From: a virus
DNA length: 64,000 nucleotides
Virus record (IMG/VR): IMGVR_UViG_3300025435_001056
Coordinates: 96,001-160,000 of that record
Direction: 5' to 3' (one strand)
Shown here: positions 49,419-57,584 of the stretch, piece after piece
How the letters are laid out: every line of letters starts with the position of its first letter
Position numbering within the stretch: the first letter of the stretch is position 1
The notes under the pieces: generated by a model
Told to the model about the DNA's origin: nothing
Database searches by the model: none
What the model saw: the letters and a program-made list of their open reading frames with translations, nothing else
Translations under genes and position numbers: made by a program

Positions 49419-50050
49419 CACAAACAAAAAAACTGTTGATCCTGACCGGTCCACAGGGTGCAGGCAATCACATGTGGTCAAAAATCTTTGCTCTGTATCC
49501 AAGGACCTTTGGCTGGCAGGCTCTGCTGGACAAATACTGGATTGGGCATGATCAAGAACCCTTTGCTGAATACTGGGAAGATCCTGAAAAATTAAAAGAC
49601 TTTGATTGGTCTGGTCACGATTACTTTGTGACCAGTATCAGCGTGCCTTACATGCTGAATGGTGAACGTACCATACCTCGTTTTGGTCCATTCATACAGG
49701 CAGTTCGGGCAGCCGGAGTACAGATCCAATTTGCCATTCTAGGCCGAGATGCCAACATACTTGAAATGCAAGAAACTCGTGTGCGTGGAGAGCCTACCTT
49801 GCATCTAGCTGTTAACGAGCTGGCCAAACTATCTGGGCAGATGCCACAATTTCTCAGTTACGAATTGTTGCATTTATATGGCCGTGACTATCTACAACAA
49901 TTAAATACCATACTCGAGTTTCCTGTGGTTCATACAGATCCCAGGATTAACGAAATCATAAAGGAAGACGCAAATACCAAATATTTTCAACCTGTAGAAC
50001 ATCATTGGGTAGACGATTTGGCCAAACATACTTCAAGGAAATGGCGATGA
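49415..50050 (+). CDS. Hypothetical P-loop/sulfotransferase-like protein
   Basis: LILTGPQGAGNH; SYE motif. Confidence 0.55.
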   Translation: MTQTKKLLILTGPQGAGNHMWSKIFALYPRTFGWQALLDKYWIGHDQEPFAEYWEDPEKLKDFDWSGHDYFVTSISVPYMLNGERTIPRFGPFIQAVRAAGVQIQFAILGRDANILEMQETRVRGEPTLHLAVNELAKLSGQMPQFLSYELLHLYGRDYLQQLNTILEFPVVHTDPRINEIIKEDANTKYFQPVEHHWVDDLAKHTSRKWR

Positions 50051-50883
50051 CACAACGAATTTTAATCATGGGTTTACCAGGATCGGGCAAAACAACTCTA
50101 GCAGGTGTTTTAAAAAAATACTTAGAAGAGCATGGCGATATCAACTATACTCGAGCATTAAACGAATGCATCGGACCCGGAGTCATGGTTAATTGGTTCA
50201 ATGCTGATGATGTCCGTCGCAAGTACAACGACTGGGACTTTAGTCAGGATGGTCGCATTCGTCAGAGCCTGCGCATGTTTCAGTTCAGCATGGAGTCCGG
50301 AGGCGACTATGTGATCTGTGACTTTGTTGCACCCTTAGTAGAACAGCGTAACAACTTTAAGGCTGATTGGACCATCTGGGTAGACACTATCCGTGAAGGA
50401 CGTTATGCTGATACCAATCGAGCCTTTGTGGAACCTGAACAGTACGACTTCCGCATTATCGAGCAGAATGCAGAAAAATGGGCTGAATTTATTGGTGAAC
50501 ACATTGTAGCCAATCGTCGTCGTCCGGTCTTTGATTGGCAGAAGGAAACTGTACAGATGCTGGGCCGTTGGCAACCCTGGCATGACGGACATCGTGCCCT
50601 GTTTGAACGCTTGATTGCTCGCACCGGGCAGGTAGTAATTCAAATTCGTGATTGCCAGGGCTGGCAAGGTTCGAACCCATTTGAAATAAAAAAAGTTAAA
50701 GAATTTATTCGACGCGACCTGGATCCAATCTATCAAGGACAATACGAAATACAAGTAGTTCCTAACATTGTACATATTGGATGGGGCCGTGGAGTTGGTT
50801 ATACGTCGGGCAAAGAAACGTTTGACGAAAGCATTACTGACATAAGTGCTACCAAAATTCGTCGAGAAATGGGCCTTGAGTGA
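50047..50883 (+). CDS. Adenylylsulfate-kinase-like domain fused to HxGH nucleotidyltransferase
   Basis: GLPGSGKTT, NADDVR, DFS..GR.RQ; GRWQPWHDGH...ISATKIR. Confidence 0.8.
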   Translation: MTQRILIMGLPGSGKTTLAGVLKKYLEEHGDINYTRALNECIGPGVMVNWFNADDVRRKYNDWDFSQDGRIRQSLRMFQFSMESGGDYVICDFVAPLVEQRNNFKADWTIWVDTIREGRYADTNRAFVEPEQYDFRIIEQNAEKWAEFIGEHIVANRRRPVFDWQKETVQMLGRWQPWHDGHRALFERLIARTGQVVIQIRDCQGWQGSNPFEIKKVKEFIRRDLDPIYQGQYEIQVVPNIVHIGWGRGVGYTSGKETFDESITDISATKIRREMGLE

Positions 50884-51094
50884 TACCGCTTTACAAAGTT
50901 TGGTTAAAGCCATCAGTTGGCAAGTAACTGGATCCATTGACACTTTTGTTATCAGCTGGTTGATTACTGGTCAGGTGTTACTGGCCAGTGGTATAGCCTT
51001 TACTGAAATTATAACCAAGGTCTTTTTGTTTTGGGCCCACGAGCGAGTATGGAATAAGATTGCGTGGGGTATTGACTTGGTTGACAAAAAATAG
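50876..51094 (+). CDS. DUF2061 small membrane protein (paralog of 15319..15522)
   Basis: SL.KAISW...GSIDT...HERVW.KI.WG; probable TTG start. Confidence 0.7.
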   Translation: MSDTALQSLVKAISWQVTGSIDTFVISWLITGQVLLASGIAFTEIITKVFLFWAHERVWNKIAWGIDLVDKK

Positions 51095-51100
51095 TATAAT
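51072..51100 (+). promoter_or_regulatory. sigma70-like promoter
   Basis: TTGACT-17-TATAAT. Confidence 0.7.
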
Positions 51101-51111
51101 TAGTATAGTAC

Positions 51112-51903
51112 ATGAAAAATTATTACGAAGCCTTAGGAGTCGATCGCACGGCCAGCCCAGATGAAATCAAACTGGCCTATCGACGATTAGCCAGCCAACA
51201 TCATCCTGACAAGGGCGGAGACAAGCATCGATTCCAAGAAGTTGAAGAAGCCTACAGGACTCTAAGTGATCCCAATGCACGAGCTCAATATGACAATCCT
51301 ATAAGTGCTCGTGGCCCTGGATTTGGTTTTCAACCCAATGGTTTTGATTTTGAATCAATATTTGATATTTTTGGTGCCAGATTTCAGCATCCGCATCAAC
51401 AACAACGCCGAGCACAACATGCCATTATGACCTTGTGGATTACCTTGAAAGATGTGGCCCTGGGTGGTCGCAAAACAGTCAGCGTAGGTACTCCTCAGGG
51501 AAACTCCACAATTGAAATAGAAATACCCAAAGGAATCAATGATGGCGATAATGTACAATATGGTGGTGTTGGTCCCAATGGTATGGATCTAGTGATTACC
51601 TACAGAATACATCAGGATCCTAAGTGGAATCGCAACGGCCTTACCTTACATGCAAAAGAAAACATATCTGTTTGGGATTTGATACTAGGTACAGAATTAC
51701 CTGTTCGTGACATATTGGGAAATAGCCTAACTTTAACTGTGCCGCCTAGATCACAACCTGACACAATACTGCGCCTGCGCGGTCGCGGACTAACCGATCG
51801 GGCAGGCAACACCGGTGATATGTTGGTCAAACTACAAGTACAAATTCCTGATATTATTCCGCAAGAATTATTGGACCACATTACTCAAATCCGTGGTCAA
51901 TAA
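51112..51903 (+). CDS. dnaJ: DnaJ-class chaperone (no Zn finger, CbpA-like)
   Basis: J-domain with HPDK, G/F region, C-terminal LRLRGRG...GD motif. Confidence 0.9.
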   Translation: MKNYYEALGVDRTASPDEIKLAYRRLASQHHPDKGGDKHRFQEVEEAYRTLSDPNARAQYDNPISARGPGFGFQPNGFDFESIFDIFGARFQHPHQQQRRAQHAIMTLWITLKDVALGGRKTVSVGTPQGNSTIEIEIPKGINDGDNVQYGGVGPNGMDLVITYRIHQDPKWNRNGLTLHAKENISVWDLILGTELPVRDILGNSLTLTVPPRSQPDTILRLRGRGLTDRAGNTGDMLVKLQVQIPDIIPQELLDHITQIRGQ

Positions 51904-51916
51904 ATAATCCTATAGC

Positions 51917-51945
51917 TTGCATTTTGTATTAAAATACAGTATAAT
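51917..51945 (+). promoter_or_regulatory. sigma70-like promoter
   Basis: TTGCAT-17-TATAAT. Confidence 0.6.
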
Positions 51946-51978
51946 AAACATTCGGTTAACATATTAAAAAAGGAACAC

Positions 51979-54255
51979 ATGCAAACTAGCCCCGAAATTG
52001 AACAGATCCTAGAAAACGCAGTTGGTCTGGCCCGCGAATACAAACACGAATATGTCTTAACCGAACATGTGTTGTTGGCTCTGATACGTTACAACCCCTT
52101 CCGTAAATGTTTAGAAAAATACGGTACCAATGCGGATCTTATGGATCAAGAGATTCAGGCCTATCTGCTCAGCCTAACCAATCTGGTTACTGACAAAGAT
52201 GCTCCACCTAAAAAAACTAATGCACTAGAACGTTGTTTTAACCGAGCTTTGACCCAGGTGTTGTTTACCGGACGCCGTCAGGTGGCCACAGCTGATCTTT
52301 ATCAGGCCATGATGGCCGAGACCAATAGTCATGCACACTATTTTCTGCTCAAGTATGGCGTGCAGAAAAAAGACTTTATGGAGTTTTGGCAACAACACTA
52401 CAATCATGCCGATGTAACTTTGAGTGATCAGCAGGCCTCTGAAATACTTACACAACACTGTTTGGATTTGACCAAGCTGGCTAAAGAAGATCGATTAGAG
52501 CCCATGATCGGACGATCCGCTGAAGTAGAAGAAATGATCACAGTTCTGGCACGCAAGTTTAAAGCCAATGTGCTCATGGTTGGTGATCCTGGGGTGGGCA
52601 AAACTGCTATTATTGAAGGCCTAGCACAAGAAATTAGTACAGGTCGTGTACCAGAGTTCTTGAAAGATCATGAAGTGTGGAGCCTAGAAATAGCTAGTTT
52701 GTTAGCCGGAAGCAAATATCGTGGCGAGTTTGAAGAAAAATTCAAACAGGTCATTGCCGCACTTGAAACCAAGAAAAAATGTATTTTGTTCATTGACGAA
52801 GCACATACCATGATGGGTGCTGGAAGTTCTAGCAACAGTACCTTGGATTTTGCCAACATGTTAAAACCAGCCATTACTAAAGGTAATTTAAAAGTAGTAG
52901 CAAGCACTACCTGGGAAGAATACTACGAGTCATTTGAAAAAGATCGCGCACTTATGCGTCGTTTTCATCGTGTAGCCATCGACGAGCCCACACCCGAAGT
53001 AACAGAGCAAATTCTTATTGGACTTAGCCCAAGATTAGAGTCATTTCACAATGTGTTAATTGGTACTGATGCTATCACTTCTGCTGTAGAATTAAGTGGT
53101 CGATATATACATGATCGTAAAAATCCCGACAAGAGTATTGATCTAATTGACGGTGCCTGTGCTCGAGAGCGTGTAAAAGACAAAGGTACAGTCACAGTTA
53201 ATCAAGACATGATCATGGCACAGCTGAGTCGTGTGACCTCAGTACCGTTAGATCGTTTGCAAAATGAGAGCAGTCAAAATATTGTCGAACTAGAAAGCAA
53301 TATTAAACAAAAGCTCTATGGACAAGATACTGCCGTAGATGCAGTACTAGAACGCATTTATATTAATTTTAGTGGTATTGGGAATGGCCGTCGTCCTATT
53401 GCCAGCTACCTATTCCTGGGACCCACAGGTACTGGTAAAACAGAACTAGCCAAGTTGTTGGCTGAAAATCTAGATATGAAATTGCTCAAGTATGATATGT
53501 CAGAATATCAAGAACGACACACGGTTAGCAGTCTAATTGGTGCACCTCCGGGTTATGTAGGATTCGAAGATGGCAATATCGGCGGCGGCAAGTTGATTAG
53601 TGATATTAGTAAAAATCCATTTAGTATTTTGTTGTTCGATGAAATCGAAAAAGCTCACCCCGATGTAATCAATATCATGTTGCAAATGTTAGATGAAGCC
53701 CGTATTACTAGCAGTAATGGTAAAGTGGTAGATCTTAAAAATTGCATCATTATCATGACATCGAACTTGGGTGCTAGAGACAACGAAACAAACAACATTG
53801 GTTTTGGACAAAGTTTAGAAAAAACCGGCAGTGAAGATAAGGCCATGAAAGAATTCTTTAAGCCTGAACTACGTAATCGCATTGATCAAGTCTGTAAGTT
53901 TATTAAACTGGACAACTTGGCTATCAAGAAGGTAGTAGTCAAATTTGTAGATGAACTAAAGGCTACGCTTGCAGATCGTCATGTTGATTTGACCTTGACT
54001 GAACCCGTAATTGATCTTTTGGTCGAAAAGGGCTATGACAGCCGGATGGGTGCCAGACCTCTAAGTCGCAAGATTGATGAACTAATTCGTGTACCATTAA
54101 GTAAACGTATCTTGTTTGATCGTTTAGAAAATTGCGCTATCCGTGCGGTTTTAAATGGCGATCAAATTGAATTTGTTACCAATAATGCCAACACCGGGTC
54201 CGTTGTCGATGACCAAGGATATATTGTAATTGACCAAATCGATCCTCCCGTTTAA
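51979..54255 (+). CDS. clpA: ATP-dependent Clp protease ATPase subunit ClpA
   Basis: Clp-N domain, two AAA+ modules (GDPGVGKT, GPTGTGKT), IGF loop, no ClpB middle domain. Confidence 0.9.
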   Translation: MQTSPEIEQILENAVGLAREYKHEYVLTEHVLLALIRYNPFRKCLEKYGTNADLMDQEIQAYLLSLTNLVTDKDAPPKKTNALERCFNRALTQVLFTGRRQVATADLYQAMMAETNSHAHYFLLKYGVQKKDFMEFWQQHYNHADVTLSDQQASEILTQHCLDLTKLAKEDRLEPMIGRSAEVEEMITVLARKFKANVLMVGDPGVGKTAIIEGLAQEISTGRVPEFLKDHEVWSLEIASLLAGSKYRGEFEEKFKQVIAALETKKKCILFIDEAHTMMGAGSSSNSTLDFANMLKPAITKGNLKVVASTTWEEYYESFEKDRALMRRFHRVAIDEPTPEVTEQILIGLSPRLESFHNVLIGTDAITSAVELSGRYIHDRKNPDKSIDLIDGACARERVKDKGTVTVNQDMIMAQLSRVTSVPLDRLQNESSQNIVELESNIKQKLYGQDTAVDAVLERIYINFSGIGNGRRPIASYLFLGPTGTGKTELAKLLAENLDMKLLKYDMSEYQERHTVSSLIGAPPGYVGFEDGNIGGGKLISDISKNPFSILLFDEIEKAHPDVINIMLQMLDEARITSSNGKVVDLKNCIIIMTSNLGARDNETNNIGFGQSLEKTGSEDKAMKEFFKPELRNRIDQVCKFIKLDNLAIKKVVVKFVDELKATLADRHVDLTLTEPVIDLLVEKGYDSRMGARPLSRKIDELIRVPLSKRILFDRLENCAIRAVLNGDQIEFVTNNANTGSVVDDQGYIVIDQIDPPV

Positions 54256-54934
54256 AATAGTCTTTAAAGATCGACTGTTTTACAGTCGATTTGAGTACAC
54301 CATTGGATTTCAACTAGACGAAGCCAGTTGCCTGCGTGAGCTAGATCATACCTATATCGACACCATGATAGAGCGGCGCAAGGTTTGGCGTGAAGTAGCG
54401 CATCAGCGTTGGCAAAAGACCAACAACACATTTGGCAATATACTGACTCGTCGTACCAAAGAAATCACTGGCCAAACAGTCAACGACCTACACGAATTTG
54501 CTCGACATCTATTGACCACTACAGCAGATTTCAAATTGATTGTGAGTTCCAATTACGGTCATGTATATACCAATGATTGCAAGTTAATAGATCAATTAAG
54601 TGACCTAGGATCGTTGAAACAAAAAATTTATCGTCGTGCTGTGATAACTCGGGCCAAAGATACAATCAGTTTGAGAAATCCACAGCATCAGTTTCGTAGT
54701 TATTTTAAATCGACCAAAATTACTGCCGAACAAAAAGACCATCTAGTGGCATTTTTAACCATGCAAACAGAAATCAGGGTCAGTCCAGCCTTGAGCGGTT
54801 GGATGCTGACACCGTTTCATAGGACCCAGGATTATTTTTTTGTAGATCACAATGAAATGACCTGGTTAACCATGTTGAGCCTAGTGCGTACAGGACTTGT
54901 AAGAAAAACTATGCAGATAATTGCAACTAAATAG
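54230..54934 (+). CDS. Hypothetical protein
   Basis: 234-aa ORF following clpA. Confidence 0.65.
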   Translation: MTKSILPFKIVFKDRLFYSRFEYTIGFQLDEASCLRELDHTYIDTMIERRKVWREVAHQRWQKTNNTFGNILTRRTKEITGQTVNDLHEFARHLLTTTADFKLIVSSNYGHVYTNDCKLIDQLSDLGSLKQKIYRRAVITRAKDTISLRNPQHQFRSYFKSTKITAEQKDHLVAFLTMQTEIRVSPALSGWMLTPFHRTQDYFFVDHNEMTWLTMLSLVRTGLVRKTMQIIATK

Positions 54935-54940
54935 TTAGCT

Positions 54941-55309
54941 ATGACACAGTACACCACTTTAACTCTACTACCCTCGACCGTTTATGGCACACCTTCGGGC
55001 AACTATAACGGATCCAACACCACATTTATAGGTAATGTAGTTCCGGCCGCTAATTACTATGCTGGTCAAGGAGTAGTACAAACCTTAACCTATACTACCA
55101 ATGGTTTTGTTGGAGTAATTACCATACAAGCCACTCTGAACGATAACAATCCGCAGGCTGCCTGGTTTGACATAGATTCGTATGGTAATGCCACGGTGCC
55201 CACTACTGGAACACATGCCAATTCTGTTATGGGCAATTTTAGCTATCTCAGAGCTGCGGTAACAGATTTTACAGCCGGCAATATCACCGTTGTGACTGCT
55301 TCTTATTGA
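54941..55309 (+). CDS. Small beta-rich virion protein
   Basis: F.G.I.IQATL...W...GNF...RA pattern; late motif upstream. Confidence 0.65.
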   Translation: MTQYTTLTLLPSTVYGTPSGNYNGSNTTFIGNVVPAANYYAGQGVVQTLTYTTNGFVGVITIQATLNDNNPQAAWFDIDSYGNATVPTTGTHANSVMGNFSYLRAAVTDFTAGNITVVTASY

Positions 55310-55322
55310 TTAGAAAGATTCT

Positions 55323-55757
55323 ATGACTACCTATCAAATTTCATGTACTATCGGAACTACAGACCCTATTGCTAAATTGGCATTAGAAATTTGGCTTGAT
55401 AATCAACAGTTATGGCATGCAGAACAAATCGCAGAACTGACATCGTTGACTTTTGATCTAGAAGAAGACGAAGACGAACACGAACTAAAATTTGTGATGA
55501 AAAATAAAGACTTGTCACATACCACGGTCGATAGCGACGGCAATATACTGAGTGATGCTAGATTGACCGTTTCGGATCTGGCCTTTGACGAAATAAAATT
55601 GGGGCAAATTTTTATTGATCAGTCCACTTACACTCATGATTTTAATGGTACCCAGAACAAAATTGTTGAACAATTCTACGGAGAGATGGGGTGCAACGGT
55701 ACAGTAAGCCTTAAATTTACCACTCCGATCTACCTGTGGCTGCTAGAAAAGATGTAA
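55323..55757 (+). CDS. Hypothetical protein
   Basis: G.MG.NG...L.F.TP.Y.WLLE motif. Confidence 0.65.
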   Translation: MTTYQISCTIGTTDPIAKLALEIWLDNQQLWHAEQIAELTSLTFDLEEDEDEHELKFVMKNKDLSHTTVDSDGNILSDARLTVSDLAFDEIKLGQIFIDQSTYTHDFNGTQNKIVEQFYGEMGCNGTVSLKFTTPIYLWLLEKM

Positions 55758-55773
55758 TACTAAATATGTTACA

Positions 55774-56541
55774 ATGAACTATCTTGTAATCTATCCCGGA
55801 CGATTTCATCCATTTCATCGAGGACATCTAGCCAGCTATGAATATTTAACCCGCAAATACGGGGCTGATAATGTGTACATTGCTACCAGTGAATTAACTG
55901 CGCCTATAACCAGCCCTTTTAGTTATAGCGACAAGGTTTCCATGATGACCAAATTGGGTATTCCGTCTAGTCATATCGTCAAAGTGACCAATCCCTATCA
56001 GGCTACTGAAATAATCAAAGGCCTGCCCGAAGAAGAAAAGTCCAATACTGTATTGATATTTGCGGTCAGTGCCAAAGACCAAGAAGGTAAGAAACCTAGA
56101 TTTACCTTTGGCACCAAGCGTAATGGCAATCCCAGCTATATGCAACCCATGCCAGACAACACCAAACAGCTTGAGCCATTAACAAAACATGCTTATGTAA
56201 CTGTGGTACCAACGGTCAATTTTAAAGTACGCGGTGCCGATGCCAACAGTGCCACTGAGATTAGACAGCAGTATATCAAGGGCAATCAAGCTGATCGTGA
56301 ACAAATTATACACGATCTATATGGAACTGTAGATCCCGAGCTTAAAAATATATTTGATAAAAAATTGGGTGTTGCGGAACGAGCACAGGAATTTGTCAAA
56401 GAAGCTCGTAATATACGTACAGAAAGAAGTATAGCTTGGCTCAAACAAGTATTGATCTTAGAACAAAAAGCGCATCCAGATCCAATGATAGAAGATCTTC
56501 GCATTGATTATATTGAAGAAAAACGGCCTAGGAAAATTTAA
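55774..56541 (+). CDS. Cytidylyltransferase-like (HxGH) nucleotidyltransferase
   Basis: YPGRFHPFHRGH, PF...K and SATEIR motifs. Confidence 0.8.
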   Translation: MNYLVIYPGRFHPFHRGHLASYEYLTRKYGADNVYIATSELTAPITSPFSYSDKVSMMTKLGIPSSHIVKVTNPYQATEIIKGLPEEEKSNTVLIFAVSAKDQEGKKPRFTFGTKRNGNPSYMQPMPDNTKQLEPLTKHAYVTVVPTVNFKVRGADANSATEIRQQYIKGNQADREQIIHDLYGTVDPELKNIFDKKLGVAERAQEFVKEARNIRTERSIAWLKQVLILEQKAHPDPMIEDLRIDYIEEKRPRKI

Positions 56542-56593
56542 CCTGGTGTGCTAAACTAGTGTAAATATTCGACTATTTTACACAAAGGAAATC

Positions 56594-57517
56594 ATGGCTG
56601 ATCAAGACGCAGTACCTACTACACAACTACCTGAGGTGCCTCAACCACAGATTAATCAAATAACTGAAAATCCACAACCGGGTGCCAATCAAATCCAGGT
56701 CAATGTTGATTTCCTAAAGACCACTCGAGTACACATCTGTATGCCTTGCTATGGCGGCATGTTGACCGAAAGTTGCTTTATGAGCTACATCAAGTGGGCC
56801 AATGTTTGTCGTCAGTTGGGCATTGACTGGACCATGGAAACCATGACCAATGAAAGCCTGATCAGCCGTGCTCGTAACACACTCACAGCCAAGTTCTTGT
56901 ACAACAAAGAGTCAACACACTTGATGTTTATCGACGCCGACATCGGCTGGGAGCCATGGCATTTATTGGTCATGTTGAACCGTGATGTGGATGTTATTGG
57001 TGGACTTTACCCAATGAAATCCTTACCAGTCAAATGGTGTGTCAACGGCTTTGAAGGTGCTGAAGAAGGTCCAGATGGTCTGCAAGAAGTATCAAAAACC
57101 GGCACAGGATTCTTGTTGATCAAGCGTGGTGTATTTGAAAAGTTGGATGCTCACCCTGCTACCAAGCCGTTCATGAACGACATTGGTTTACCTGTAGAAT
57201 TAAATCCCTACATGAAGACCTACTTTGATACAGCAGTACGTGAAAATCGTTACTACTCAGAGGACTGGACATTCTGTGAAAACTGGCGTGATCTAGGCGG
57301 TAAAGTCTGGATTGACAAGCGTGTGTTACTCAAACATACCGGCACCTATGTGTTTGACTTCCAAACACAGGATCAGCTGTACAAGGATCTGCACAACTTG
57401 GCCTTGCAAAACGGTGCTGCCCTGGGTGGTGCTGTGGGAGTTGCTGCTCCGGTTGATACTGCGAAACCAGTGGAAGCTAAAGTTTTGGCATCCAGTAAAA
57501 AAAGCAAGAAAAAGTAA
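56594..57517 (+). CDS. GT-A fold glycosyltransferase-like protein
   Basis: SLISRARN, FIDADI (DxD), GTGFLLI and SEDW.FC motifs. Confidence 0.75.
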   Translation: MADQDAVPTTQLPEVPQPQINQITENPQPGANQIQVNVDFLKTTRVHICMPCYGGMLTESCFMSYIKWANVCRQLGIDWTMETMTNESLISRARNTLTAKFLYNKESTHLMFIDADIGWEPWHLLVMLNRDVDVIGGLYPMKSLPVKWCVNGFEGAEEGPDGLQEVSKTGTGFLLIKRGVFEKLDAHPATKPFMNDIGLPVELNPYMKTYFDTAVRENRYYSEDWTFCENWRDLGGKVWIDKRVLLKHTGTYVFDFQTQDQLYKDLHNLALQNGAALGGAVGVAAPVDTAKPVEAKVLASSKKSKKK

Positions 57518-57540
57518 CAGTCACCTGACCTAAACTACAC

Positions 57541-57567
57541 AAGCCGCTATCTCAGCGGCTTTTGTTT
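57541..57567 (+). terminator. Rho-independent terminator
   Basis: aagccgct-atctc-agcggctt followed by T-rich tail. Confidence 0.8.
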
Positions 57568-57584
57568 GCCCGGTAAATACATCT

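Noticed and set aside
45890-54255. Host chromosomal contamination (bacterial-type metabolic and chaperone genes)
   Set aside because: The genes share the phage promoter motifs, compact overlaps and base composition, and are interleaved with phage-specific genes.
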